This document shows positions 24,551 through 37,903 of a DNA stretch of 64,000 nt, in pieces (the first letter of the stretch is position 1; each line of letters starts with the position of its first letter). The notes beneath the pieces were generated by a model. It worked only from the letters and a program-made list of their open reading frames with translations, had not been told where the DNA came from and did no database searches. Location: positions 2,604,001 to 2,668,000 of the forward strand of contig OX597839.1 of NCBI GenBank assembly GCA_951406725.2, in the 5' to 3' direction. This stretch comes from Octopus vulgaris. Its lineage: Eukaryota. A program made the translations under genes and the position numbers.

Positions 24551-27118
24551 ATTATCTGATCATTCTAAAAGTGAATGTTAAATGATGATGATGCTTAATG
24601 AAAAAGGATGAAAGGCAAGGTAGACCTTGGCGGAATTTGAACTCAGAACATAGCAGCAGATGAAATATGTCCAGTTATAAAACTACAGGAGGTTTATAAC
24701 GTTTATAAACGTTGCCCTTTTCAAGCCTAGCCAGGCTCATGGACCCGATTTCCCGGCTTCTGTAGTGTATGTGTTCCCCCCAGCTGGACAGGACGCCAGT
24801 CCATTGCAGCATTACTCAAGAAACAGGAAGAGAGAGTGAGAGAAAGTACAACAGGGGGTCGCCACCATACTTTTCTAAATTAGATGAAGGGCCCTGCATA
24901 TGTCATTATGTCTTTCCTCTTCCTCATGGCAAAGAAATATCTAAAAAAGGTTTATCAGTCTGCCTGGTGGTCTCAGCTGACCCCATCAAAGGGGCTTCAG
25001 CAGTTGATATATCATGTGCTCTCAAGGTACAAGTGGGTGAATGTGAAAGGGGTAGGCACAAAAGAAGGGAAGTATAGGGACAAAGGAATGGATGAAGGAG
25101 GTAAAGACAAAGGAGTAAGATCAAAGTAGCCAGGTAAATTTGAAAAAAATGTGAGGTGAGCAGCAGATGATTAGAAGTGGGGAGTTGTAGGTGATACAGT
25201 AAGATGGCAAATACTGGCTGGAGCATGAACAATGGTGAATATCAATTTGGGGTGAAGGAGGAGGAAGTAAAAAGGAGGAGGAGGAGGAGCAGCAGAGGGG
25301 AGGAGTAAAAGATGAGGGGGTAGGAGGAGATGAAAAGAGGTTGAAGAGGAGATGAAGAAGAGGAGGAAGAGATAAGGAGGATGAAGTGGTGGACGAGGAG
25401 GTGGACGAAGTGGAGGAGGAGGAGGACAAAGTGGTGAGGAGGAGGAAGTGGTAGTGGTGGAGGAGGTGTAGGAGATGATGATGAGGAGGAGGAGGAGGGA
25501 GATAATTTTGCAGCTTTAATAAAAGCATATTATTCTACCTTTGGTATTCAGGTACTATTTTTTCCCCACCTTGTTTTGCACTAATGTACTCACCTTTGTG
25601 TGTGTGTGTATATATATATATGTATATAATGCAAATCTGTATGCAAATATACACATGCTCAATGTAAAAATGACGATGACAATGATATGTTACGATCATA
25701 CATAATCATAAGAGGAAAGATGAGTTTTAGAATGTGTATGTGTGTGTGTATGGATTTGTGTGAATGAGGAGTGTGTGCATGTGTGTGTAAGTGTATATGC
25801 ATGTCTGAGCATGCTTGTGTGTGTGTGTGTGTGTGTTGCTGTTGTGTATGTAGTAGAGCTTCCACAACTGTTGAACGTGTGAAAGACGGTGGGGGGGAGG
25901 GAGATGCAAAATACATCAGATACAAAACATATGTAAAATTATTTAAAAAAGATTATCTCATCATCTCCTCCCACCACCACCAATACCACCTCTCTCTCTC
26001 TCACTTCCTCTCCCTTTCTCGCTCTCCTCCTCTCCCTCTCTCTCTCTCTCTCTAGCCAGTAAAACAATGAATGAGATTTTTCTCACATACCATTTTTCTC
26101 ACATACCCTTACGTCACCACCACCCTGCGAAAAAAATTATTATTTACTCGTTAATTCTCATACACACACCTCATCACCACCACCATCCCAGCCTAAATTG
26201 CACAAACGTACACACACACACTTAGAAGGAGCCTACATGCAGGTCCATATATACATGTATAGATTTATACACATATAGTTACATAACCAAAACAAACATT
26301 TAAATACACAAATACAAATTTATATATACACACTAAACAGATTGAGACATTACATACATACAAATGGATTTATACACACAAAAATTTGGTCTTATACACA
26401 TACATAGTTTTATATACACACTTTTGCATACACATAAACTAACTTAATTAGAAACACATAAACAAATTTATATAAGTTTATATATATATATATACACAGA
26501 TATAGACACATGCAAATAGATTTTATATACACATACACACATACATCACAATTATACGCATAGACTTACAGACTTACACATACAGTTTTATACTTATACA
26601 CACCATACAAACTTAATTAGAAACATATGGATCAATTTATAAAAATAGTCACATGTAGTTATATACATACACAATATATTAACCATACACACTGAGTTAG
26701 TCTTATACTTACACATACACTTAAACAGACTTAATTACAAACACAAAAATAAATTTATATATACACACATTTTCACGTACAAACAGTTATATACACCATA
26801 CAGACTCACACAAACAAGTAACTGAATCACACACATATAAATAATGTTATTATACATAACAAACACTGACTTAGTGTCTCATATGCATAAAGACTTCACA
26901 TTTATATACAGTCAGATTTACATACATATACCTGCACATACACAAGATGAATAAGTTACGGCCACCCAGAAGAGAGCAATCTATTTAAAAGAGGTCAAAC
27001 ATTTTACATTCCTGCTTTCCTGAGGTGAGCTGCCATGTGAGCTAGCCCTACAAATAGTCCCTTTGATAAACTTGTTAGAAACAAGAGTCAAATCTTACAT
27101 AAAATCAGCAGTTACCCA

Positions 27119-27350
27119 TGCATACCAGCCTCGTCTCTCCATGCCACTGATTTTATCCAAAGGAAAGGTAAAAGCCGATACAGCTTGGCATTAGTGACAT
27201 CACAACTCATTTCAACAGATGAGTGAACTGGAGCAACATGAAAATAAAGTATCTTGCTCAAGAACACAACACACAGCCCGGTCCAGGAATTGAACTCACT
27301 ACCTCATGATTGTGAGCCCAACACTCTAACAACTGAGCCATGTGCCTTCA
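27119..27350 (-). mobile_element. SINE family C, diverged partial copy
   Basis: Reverse complement matches 43189-43420 (TGGCTCAGTTGTTAGAGTG...TGTGTTCTTGAGCAAG). Confidence 0.75.
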
Positions 27351-27470
27351 CTTTGACCAAGACCTGGGCAATGGTATTTTGGGGAAAACAGGAAGCTGCT
27401 AATGCATGCAAGTCTCCTTTCAGCTCGGCACCAATGCTATGATCTCCCAAAGGAGATAAAAATTATTTAA

Positions 27471-27676
27471 TCCTTTCGTTAGCAACCCGGCTAAAACCGG
27501 CTCTGGCTCTGTAGTATAAATGTCTTCTTTACATAAGTTTTGAATTAAAATCTTCCACCAAATCTTAGTCACAATTTATGTTCTTAACACTAGCTGAATG
27601 ATAACTAAGTCATTTTACTAAATTCATTGTTATATTTAAAATAATTGAAAGAAATACAGAGCATCTCAAGAAAGGG
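27471..27676. mobile_element. piggyBac-type MITE (TTAA target site)
   Basis: TTAA|TCCTTTCGTT...GAAAGGG|TTAA; body shared with 46825-47042. Confidence 0.8.
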
Positions 27677-28242
27677 TTAAAACCGTGAATATAAAGTGGT
27701 TAATCTTTTACCTTTTATCTGTTTCAGTCATTAGACTCTGGTCATGCTGGGGCAACACCTTCAAGAATTTTTAGTTGAATGAATCAACACCAGTAATTTT
27801 TTTTTTCAAGCCTGGTACTTATTCTGTTGGTGGGGGACAAACACACACACACACACATATATACGGCAGGCTTCTTCAGTTTCTGTCTATCAAATCCACT
27901 CAAAAGGCTTCGGTGAACCTGAGGTTATAGCAGAAGACACTTGCCCAAGGTGACATGCAGTGGGACTGAACCAAGAACCATGTGGATGGGAAGCAAGCTT
28001 CTTACCACACAGCCATACCAGATATAATTACAAGTTGACACAGAAAGGGAATTAAAAATAAATATAAGATGGGAAATTAATAACCACAACAATAATAATA
28101 AAAAAAAGGAAATCAAAGAGAATTTGTATGAAATCATTTGACATGTAGTAAAAACCTGTTCCAATTAATGTTTTTTTCTTAATCAACGTGTTTATTCACA
28201 TAAAAAAATGCAGTTTATTTCTGCAGCACAATTATAATACTA

Positions 28243-28649
28243 TTTTACTTGTTTCAGTCATTTGACTGTGGCCATGCTGGAGCACCGCCTTTAGTTGAGC
28301 AAATCAACCCCAGGACTTATTCTTTGTAAGCCTAGTACTTATTCTATCAGTCTCTTTTGCCAAACCGCTAAGTTACGGGGGCGTAAACACACCAGCATCG
28401 GTTGTCAAGCAATGCTAGGGGGACAAACACAGACACACAAACATATACACACACATACATACATATATATACATATATATATACATATATACGACAGGCT
28501 TCTTTCAGTTTCCGTCTACCAAATCCACTCACAAGGCTTTAGTCGGCCCAAGGCTATAGTAGAAGACACTTATCCAAGATGCCACGCAGTGGGTCTGAAC
28601 CCGGAACCATTTGGTTTGTAAGCAAGCTACTTACCACACACCCACTCCT
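28243..28649 (-). mobile_element. SINE family A, full length
   Basis: Reverse complement of the family A consensus. Confidence 0.9.
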
Positions 28650-28801
28650 TGTTTTGTAGAAAACACTCAAAATTTATGAAACTATGAAAATGTTTTCCAT
28701 CACCCCACCTCCCCTTCATTTTCCCTCACATATCCAACCACCTACCCATGCTCCTGTAATATAATCCCGTTAACTGGCAGAGACGTTAGCAAACCAAGCA
28801 A

Positions 28802-29220
28802 GGCGCAGGAGTGGCTGTGTGGTAAGTATCTTGCTTACCAACCACATGGTTCCGGGTTCAGTCCAACTGCGTGGCACACTGGGCAAGTGTCTTCTACTAT
28901 AGCCTCGGGCCGACCAAAGCCTTGAGAGAGGATTTGGTAGATGGAAACTGAAAGAAGCCTGTCGTATATATGTATATATATAAATGTGTGTGTGCATGTT
29001 TGTGTGTCTGTGTTTGTCCCCCTAGCATTGCTTGACAACCGATGCTGGTGTGTTTATGTCCCCGTCACTTCGCGGTTCGACAAAAGAGACCAATAGAATA
29101 AGTACTGGGCTTACAAAGAATAAGTCCCGGGGTTGAGTTGCTCGATTAAAGGCGGTGCTCCAGCATGGCCGCAGTCAAATGACTGAAACAAGTAAAAGAG
29201 TAAAAGAGTAAGTAAAAGAG
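28802..29220 (+). mobile_element. SINE family A inserted inside a family B copy (28773-28801 plus 29221-29357)
   Basis: B head ACTGGCAGAGACGTTAGC lies before and AGTTCTGAGTTCAAATTCC resumes after. Confidence 0.9.
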
Positions 29221-29952
29221 AGTTCTGAGTTCAAATTCCATTGAGGTCCATTTTGCCTTTCATCCTTTCAGGGCCAATAAATTAAGTACCAGCTGTGTAC
29301 TAATCAACTGGTACCCTCCCCAAAAATGTCAGGCCTTGTGCCTAGAGTAGAAAAGGATATACTACTGTTAAATCCACACCTGACCAACACCTCCAGCTCT
29401 CACTCTCCTTTCAAAATCTTAGATGCTGCTAAAAGTGAGAGAATCTTAGATGTTGATTTACATTTCTCGTACTTAAAAATATTGGGACAAGAAGAGAGTC
29501 CTACTACACACTCCCCTTCCTTTCTTTCCCTCTCTTTATCTCTCTCTCTTTCACTCTCTCCTTCATTCTCTCTCTCTCTCTCTCCCTCTCTCTCATATAC
29601 TCTCTTTGCTGTAGTAATAATAATAATAAATAGTTAATTAATTATAGAGAAAACAAGACAGTCAGTCATAATCTTGTGTTGACATGGCACCCCATCTCGG
29701 CTGACAAGAGACCTCCCAGAAAATAGAGTAAATTGTTTAAATAAGAGCAATCTAAATAAGATGAGTGAGGTGTGGCAGTGAACGGGGGGGGAGGTAGGGT
29801 AAAGAAGGTGGTTTATTTGGATGAGAGACAGCTAGGGGTACGTGGGTGGTGGTGGTGGGGTAGAGTCTCTAGTATTGACAGGGTGGAAGGCTAAAAAGCA
29901 CTGGCTAACAAAATCATAAATAATGAGAATGACCAGCAATACAGATTGTGTA

Positions 29953-30363
29953 TACTCTCTTTTACTCTTTTACTTGTTTCAGTCATTTGACTGTGGCCAT
30001 GCTGGAGCACCGCCTTTAGTCGAGCAAATCGACTCCGGGACTTATTCTTTGTAAGCCCAGTACTTATTCTATCAGTCTCTTTTGCTGAACCGCTAAGTAA
30101 CGGGGACATAAACACACCAGCATCGGTTGTCAAGCTATGCTAGGGGGGACAAACACAAACATACACGCACACACACATATACATATATATACATATATAC
30201 GACGGGCTTCTTTTCAGTTTCTGTCTACCAAATCCACTCACAAGGCTTTGGTCGGCCCGAGGCTATAGCAGAAGAGACTCGCCCAAGATGCCACGCAGTG
30301 GGACTGAACCCAGTACCATGTGGTTGGTAAACAAGCTACTTACCACACAGCAACTCTTGCGCC
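29953..30363 (-). mobile_element. SINE family A, full length
   Basis: Reverse complement of the family A consensus. Confidence 0.9.
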
Positions 30364-30666
30364 TATGAGTGTATAATATGCACATACACATGACATATGT
30401 GTATGTGCGTATTATACACACATACTCACTCTATTCTTTATATATATGAAGATGCAAGCCTGTCTGTGTGATAAGAAGCTTGCTTCCCAACGATAAGGTT
30501 GCGGGTTCAGTCCAATTGCGTGGCACCTTGGGCAAGTGTCTTCCACTATATTTTTGGGCTGACAGATAGATAGATAGATAGATAGATTGACAGAAAGACA
30601 GACAGATGGAAGGAAAGACAGACATACAGAAAGACAGATAAATAAGAAAGAAAGAAAGATAGATAC

Positions 30667-30727
<61 letters not shown>

Positions 30728-31063
30728 TAGATAGATAGATAGATAGGTAGGTAGATAGGTAGGTAGATAGATAGATATTGAGAGAAAGAAGGAAACCAGA
30801 GCAAGAGACATAGGAAGCAAGTTGTTGGGGGTAGGAAGAGGAAGAAAGAGGGACCGACAAATAGAGGAAAGGAGAAAGAAAGAGAGAGAAGGAAAGAAGG
30901 AGTGGGAGTATGTGTATGTCCATAACTGTTTTTGAATCCTCACCTTTCAATGAGTATTTTGACACAAACTAGTCCTAACAAGAAATGACTTCAGGAGGTT
31001 TTCACCTTTATCACCTCAACGGCTGTTTTTGTTTCTCAGCATCATTTCACATTACATCACATC

Positions 31064-31470
31064 ACTCTTCTCTCTTTTCTCTTTTACTTGTTTCAGTCAT
31101 TTGACTGCGGCCATGCTGGAGCACCGCCTTTAGTCGAGCAAATCGACCCCAGGACTTATTCTTTGTAAGCCCAGTACTTATTCTATCGGTCTCTTTTTGC
31201 CGAACCGCTAAGTGACGGGGACGTATACACACACCAGCATCGGTTGTCAAGCAATGCTAGGGGGACAAACACAGACACATAAAAACCAAAAAAATATATA
31301 TATATACATATATACGACGGGCTTCTTTCAGTTTCCGTCTACCAAATCCACTCACAAGGCATTGGTCGGCCCGAGGCTATAGCAGAAGACACTTGCCCAA
31401 GATGCCACGCAGTGGGACTGAACCCGGAACCATGAGGTTTGTTAGCAAGCTACTTACCACACAGCCACTC
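31064..31470 (-). mobile_element. SINE family A, near full length
   Basis: Reverse complement of the family A consensus. Confidence 0.9.
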
Positions 31471-31519
31471 ACTGTCAACTTATTAAATACATCTTGTAAG
31501 GGTGGCACGCTAGGGGAGG

Positions 31520-31720
31520 GGGGGAAATGCTAAGCGGTATTTCATCTGCCGTTACATTCTGAGTTCAAATTCCACCAAGGTTGACTTTGCCTTTCATCCT
31601 TTAGGGTCGATTAAATAAGTACCAGTTACGCACTGGGGGTCAATGTAATCGACTTCATCCTTTTGTCTGTCCTTGTTTGTCCCCTCTATGTTTAGCCCCT
31701 TGTGGGCAATAAAGAAATAA
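31520..31720 (+). mobile_element. SINE family B, 5'-truncated
   Basis: GAAATGCTAAGCGGTATT...GCCCCTTGTGGGCAATAAAGAAAT. Confidence 0.85.
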
Positions 31721-31734
31721 ATACATCATGTATC

Positions 31735-31947
31735 TTTTGCTTGTTTCAGTCATTGGACTGCAGCCACGCTAGGGCACTCACTGCCTTGCAGAGTTTTCAG
31801 GCAAAAAAAATCAACCCCAGTACTTTTTTTTTCTTACTAAGCCTGGTACTAATTTTATTGGTCCCTTTTTGCCGAACTGCTGAGTTAAGGGATGTAAACA
31901 AACCAACAACAATTGTCAAGCAGTGAGGGGTAACAAACACACACAAT

Positions 31948-31996
<49 letters not shown>

Positions 31997-32148
31997 ACAG
32001 GCTTCTTTCAGTTTCCATCTACCAAATCCATTCACAAGACTTTGGTTGGCCCCCAGGCTATAGTAGAAGATACTTGCCCAAGGTACCACGCAGTGGGAGT
32101 AAATCCAAAATCATGTGGCAGGGAAGCAAGCTTCTTACCACCCAGCCA
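31735..32148 (-). mobile_element. SINE family A, diverged copy
   Basis: Collinear with the reverse complement of family A. Confidence 0.75.
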
Positions 32149-32887
32149 CACACTCAATGTTTTTGTATGTATGTGTATATACATAAACACACACACACAC
32201 ACACACAAGCAATTTACTAATATAAATTTGTCTTTTCTTATGTTCAAAACACCATTTTAGCCATTTAACTGCGTAATTAATTTTCGTGGTTATTCCAGTA
32301 ATACTGTATTAAATGTCTACTAAAATATAGCATTGGTATTTTCTGCAGGTCATGCTGCCTCAACAAATTTGACATATCTCAAACAGTTCTAAACATGACA
32401 TTCTTCAACAAAGGACAGACTGGGATATAAAACTTGCTTTCTGCAGTGAACTTGTTTGTTACCATACTTCTATTGACATATACTGACCTCGTTTCAATTG
32501 ATTTTTAAAATAATGAAAGACTTTAATAAAATAACTTCCTCATTATCAAGCTGGGGTCTGGAACAAATAAGCATAAAATTTTAATGGAAGATTATAATTC
32601 TTTTAAAGCATTAAGTTTGTGTTATAGAACCAGAGGCAGTCTCATGTAGGTTGGTATCGTAAGGGTTAAGGGCAACGAAATTTTGAGTGGATATATCTGA
32701 TTTCTGCAGTAAAAGGGTTAATGACAAATAATTGTATGATCGGTTAGATCAGTGGTTCTCAACTAGGTCCATATGGCCTTTAAGGGTCCACATCAGATTT
32801 TGTTCGTTAAAAATTCTGAGCAATAAATTGGTTATACTTCAACAATACACAAAATATTTTAATTTTTTAATACAATTTCTAATAATA

Positions 32888-33290
32888 TCTATATATCTAT
32901 ATAAAGCTGAAATTGTCTGTGTATGGCAGGTTTGGTAGCCTTCAACTAACACTATCTCCTCTGAGACCCTGCGGCGCAACTTGACCAAACTTGAGAGTAT
33001 GATAGAAGAAGGCTTGCTCTTCCTTCTGTAGAAGATAAAATTCAAATCGGACCATGTTAACACCAAAAATTATTTACATCAAAAAGGTGCTTTTTTTCTA
33101 CTATGAAAATCCCTATTTTTTACGATTTTTTTACTGCTGTGTTGCGATTTTTCAGTGTATTTCAACCAGAAAAATGTTCACTTAAAGAGAATAACAAGCT
33201 ACATAATGCAAAATTTTTACTTTTCAAAAAATCCAATTCTAAAGAGTCGAAAAGAAAACAAGCCCAAGCAACGCTGGGCTATACTGCTAG
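32888..33290 (+). mobile_element. Non-autonomous Helitron
   Basis: A|TC 5' end, subterminal hairpin GCCCAAGCAACGCTGGGC, CTAG|T 3' end, no TSD; second copy at 23030-23419 and a 3' fragment at 39685-39740. Confidence 0.85.
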
Positions 33291-33333
33291 TTTAATTATT
33301 AAATCATAACAGAATTTTTTAAACATTGAATGC

Positions 33334-34092
33334 AGGTGTAGTGTGCAAGAGAGAAGACTGCACTGGCATGGTCATGTGATGCATATGAACTAGGACAGTT
33401 ACATAAAGAACTGTCAATCTCTAGCTGTGGAGAGAACCTGTGGAAGAGGTAGACCCAGGAAGATATGGGACACGATGATGAAATATGATGATCTTCAGAT
33501 GTTGAGTCTTGTGGACCAAGACCTATGATGATTTGCTGTGCTTGAGAAGACATGTCAAGCTAAGTGGATCAGTGCCAGTGACATGTGAAAGGCACCTTTT
33601 CCAGTGACATTTGAAAGGCACCCTTTCCAGTGACATGTGAAAGGCACCTTTTCAGTGACATGTGAAAGAGACCTTTTCCAGTGACATGTGAAAGGTATCT
33701 TTTCCAATGACATATGAAAGGCACCTTTTTCAATGACATGTGAAAGGCACCCTTTCCAGTGACATGTGAAAGGCACTTTTTCCAGTGACATGTGAAAGGC
33801 ACCTTTTCCAGTGACATATGAAAGGCACCCTTTCCAATGACATGTGAAAGGCACCTTTTCCAGTGACATGTGAAAGGCACCTTTTCCAGTGACGTGTGAA
33901 AAGCATCCACTATACTCATGGAGTGGTTGGTGTTAGGAAGGGTATCCAACTGTAGAAACCAAGCCAAAACAGACAACTGGAGCCTGGTGCAGCTCTCAGG
34001 CTTCCCACTTCCAGTCAAACCATCTAACCCATGCCAGCATGGAAAACAGATGCAAAATGATGATGATGATGATCATCATCATCATCATCATG
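33334..34092 (+). mobile_element. 5'-truncated RTE LINE: decayed ORF end (33334-33565) plus 3'UTR with minisatellite and (GAT)n tail
   Basis: Translates as RCSVQERRLHWHGHVMHMN*DSYIKNCQSLAVERTCGRGRPRKIW...DQDL**FAVLEKTCQAK, an RTE C-terminus with in-frame stops, contiguous with the family E tail. Confidence 0.88.
33575..33905 (+). repeat. 26-bp minisatellite, about 13 copies (CCAGTGACATGTGAAAGGCACCTTTT)
   Basis: Directly visible tandem units; source of the repetitive ORFs 33555-34018. Confidence 0.95.
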
Positions 34093-34611
34093 AATGGCTA
34101 TGAGGGTCCACCCAAGTAAAATAGGAATCAAAGGGGCTTATCGGTGAAAAACGGTTGAGAACCACTGAGTTAGACAGACAGACAGACAAACAGACACACA
34201 AGTTTGTTACAGTGTTTAAATGCAGAGCGTATTAAAAGGCTGACTTGAAAACTTCATGGATTAGGTTTATTCAAACAGAGCTGGGCCTTGATCTATCTAA
34301 GTCTACTCCACTACAACCAGCAACAAGAACAGGAACTTCACATAATTAACATACTCGAATTAATTATTACAAGTTCTAAGTGCTGTGAGTATAATGTGAC
34401 ATTCTGAAAACAAGCACCAACCACAAACAACCACACCAACCACCCACACACAGGCACACAATGTGTAAGTGTGTCAATGAGAGGTTTCTACATTGTAGCC
34501 TGACCTACAAAGATTAGCAGCCAAGTCTCCATCAAATCATGTCCTACTCTCCTAAAAAATTAAATGATTTAGGAGATTAATGCAGTGCTAGATAAAATAT
34601 ATGAACCTTAC

Positions 34612-34997
34612 TACTCTTTTACTCTTTTACTTGTTTCAGTCATTTGACTGCGGCCATGCTGGAGCACCACCTTTAGTCGAGCAAATCGACCCCGGAACTT
34701 ATTCTTTGTAAGCCCAGTACTTATTCTATCGGTCTCTTTTGCCGAACCGCTAAGTGACGGGGACATAAACACACCAGCATCAGTTGTCAGGCAATGCTAG
34801 GGGGACAAACACAGACACACACACACATACATATATATATATACATATATACGACAGGCTTCTTTCAGTTTCCGTCTACCAAATCCACTCACAAGGCATT
34901 GGTCGGCCCGGGGCTAGAGCAGAAGACACTTGCCCAAGATGCCAGGCAGTGGGACTGAACCCGGAACCATGTGGTTGGTTAGCAAGCTACTTACCAC
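34612..34997 (-). mobile_element. SINE family A, near full length
   Basis: Reverse complement of the family A consensus. Confidence 0.9.
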
Positions 34998-35002
34998 GTT
35001 AA

Positions 35003-35790
35003 CTTTCTTTCAACCACTTAAAGTATTTCAAATTTTCATTGGATTATTTTCAAATAATGTATTTCCAATATAGATTTTTGCCTGTTGATGACGAAAATCA
35101 CATTCAGTTTTTCTCTGGAAACGAATAAAGAAGTTTGAAGCATTTAGCGTTATGTAATTCTATCCAATTGGAAGACTCCAATCTAGTGAAGATATAAAAT
35201 ACTTCAAGTAGGCACAAGAAATTTAACAAGATCCAAGTATATCTGGTGGTAAATTTAGACAGGACAGCCATAGTTAGAATAGCTTCAATCATAGGTTTGC
35301 TAGGCCAGGACTGTCCTGGGGCGATACAGAGTGTGTGTGCATGTGTGTGTGTGTGTGTGTGCATGTGTGCAGGTGTGTGTGTGTGTGTGTGTGTGCATGC
35401 ATATATGTGGCCATATTTATAGAATAATGTAGTCCTAGGCAAAGTATAAGAATCTTGTTAAATTTCTTTCAATCACTTGATGTATTTCAAATTTTCACCA
35501 GATTATTTTTTAAAAAATGTACTTCTGATATAGTTTTGCCTGCAGATGATGAAAATTGCATTCCATTTTTGCTGGAAATTAATAATAAAGAAGTTTCAAG
35601 CATTTAAACTTATGTAATTTTAGCCAATCGGAAGCCTCAAGCCTGATGAGATTTTAAAATATTTCAAGAAGTCACAAGAAATTTAACAAGATCCAACTAT
35701 ATCTAGAGGAAAAAAACAAACAGGAATGACCACAGTTGGAATAGCTTTAATTATAAGACTGCTCGGCTAGGGCTGTCCTGGGGCTATACA
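35003..35790. repeat. Diverged local tandem duplication (about 330-bp homologous blocks at about 35003 and 35463; partial third copy about 36040-36110)
   Basis: Shared TTTCTTTCAA.CACTT...GTATTTCAAATTTTCA...CACAAGAAATTTAACAAGATCCAA...CTGTCCTGGGGC.ATACA. Confidence 0.8.
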
Positions 35791-35868
35791 ATGTATATGG
35801 GTGGGGGATAATTATAAATGTAATAAACTAATGCTGTCTGTCCTAAAGCAGATCTGGGAGAAAATATA

Positions 35869-36025
35869 TATTACTTTATTGCCCACAAGGGGCTAAACAT
35901 AGAGAGGGACAAACAAAGACAGACAAAGTTATTAAGTCGATTACATCGACCCTAGTGCGTGAATGGTACTTTATTTATCGACCCCGAAAGATGAAAGGCA
36001 AAGTCGTCCTCGGCGGAATTTGAAC
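35869..36025 (-). mobile_element. 5'-truncated SINE family B with 17-bp TSD
   Basis: TSD ATCTGGGAGAAAATATA at 35852-35868 and 36026-36042. Confidence 0.9.
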
Positions 36026-36406
36026 ATCTGGGAGAAAATATAGGTTGGATGGCCACAGTTGGAACAGCATTAATTATAGATCTGCTCTGCTAGGGTAATC
36101 TTGGGGCTAAATAGTATGTGTATGTGTGGCTATTACATGTGAGTATGTGTGTAATTATGATGACATGCACACACTCACACATTTACATACAAACATGTAG
36201 ATGTGTGTGTGTCATGTGTTAACAGTAGTTCTGTGTATTATTGTGATTGTCAAGCATACAATAGATGTGTGTGTGTGTGTGTACTTGCACATGTGTAAAA
36301 GTATTTTTGCATATTAATGTATGTAGGTTGTTGCTGTAACACATACACAGAACTGGTATCAACATTTGTATTTGGGCTTCTCAGATAAAGATTTACTATC
36401 ACAACA

Positions 36407-36441
<35 letters not shown>

Positions 36442-37809
36442 TTACTGATACTACTACTACTATTAAATGCCTCTCCCCCAACACACACACACACACACAT
36501 AACAGGTCTCCCTCCCCATTGCATGTGTATGTGTGTATGTGTGTGTGTGTGTGTGCGTGCGCACGTGTGCACTGGCTTGTGTGCATGTGAGCCAAATATT
36601 GGACAAAAACAAACTAAAATAAGAAAAAAACATCTCCCACTCCTACCGAAAATCTTCTGTAGATCAGAAGAATGGATAGAGAGGGGATAGATGGGGTGGA
36701 GGAAGCATAGAGGAATGGGTGGAGTGAAGGAGTAAGGGGAGGGGGTGACACATGGTCTATCATTGATAAGTCTTAAGTTTGTTTCGTTATTGTAGGTGTT
36801 TTTGGTTTTTTTAAAATTAGATATTGAATTTTACCACTTTAAATGTTTTTAATCTTTTAGCTTTTACTTGTTTCAGTCATTGGACAGCGGCCATTCTGGG
36901 GACCTCCACCTTGAAGGGTTTTCAATCAAACAAATTGAGGAGCAGTACTAATTTTTTTTTTTTTTACTTTATAAGTATGGTACTGGTTCTCCTCGTCTCT
37001 TCTGCTGAACTATTGACTTATGGGAACACAAACAAACCAGCACTGGTTGTCAGGCAGTGGGAGTGGGAGAGACACACAAACACACACACACACATGCATG
37101 CGTGTGGGATTGTGTGAGTGTGTGTCTCTTGGCACCTGTGCCAGTGGCACGTAAAAAGCACCCACTACACTCACGGAGTGGTTGGCATTAGGAAGAGCAT
37201 CCAGCTGTAGAAACACTGCCAGATCTCAGACTGGGCCTGGTGCAGCCTCCTGGCTTCCCAGACCCCTTATAAATTAGCATTCCAGCAAAGGAGAGCAATA
37301 GAACGAAGTACCAGACTTTAAAAAAAGTACTGAGGTCAATTCATTCAACTAAATGTTCTTCAAGGTGGTGCCCCAGCATGGCCCCTAGTTTAATGATTGA
37401 AACAAGTAGAATCATCATCATCATCATCATTTAGCATCCGCTTTCCATGCTAGCATGGGTTGGATGGTTCAACTGGGGTCTGGGAAGCCAGAAGGCTGCA
37501 CCAGGCCCAGTAGAATATATAAGATTTTTAAAAATATGACAAAAAAGTTAAATCTTTAAAAAAAAATAAGCAAGGTAAGAAAGAAAAGATTTTATCATTA
37601 ATTACTCTGCCATAGTTTAACAACTTCAGGTGTCAACTTCCCTTAAAAACAACCTCTACAATCTACCCCAATCAGTATTGTCAGGGAAGAGGTGAAGAGG
37701 TTAAGGTTTTGTTTTGGAAGATATTTCTTGGTCATCCATCTTTTTAAACAATAAATAAACATTCTCACCAACCACCACTTAATGTCATTACACACCTACC
37801 TGCCATGTC

Positions 37810-37871
37810 AATGACACACCTTGACATTAACAACCAGACATAAACACAGCAACAGGCAAACACACACCCAT

Positions 37872-37903
<32 letters not shown>

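Larger units (their letters stand above)
32750..34167. mobile_element. hAT (Charlie-like) MITE split by nested Helitron and RTE insertions
   Basis: TIRs CAGTGGTTCTCAAC ... GTTGAGAACCACTG; imperfect 8-bp TSD GGTTAGAT/AGTTAGAC; related ends at about 12417 and 63845-63960. Confidence 0.75.

Noticed and set aside
33575-33905. CRISPR array or repeat protein
   Set aside because: Head-to-tail 26-bp units with no unique spacers, inside a LINE 3'UTR of a eukaryote; no cas genes.
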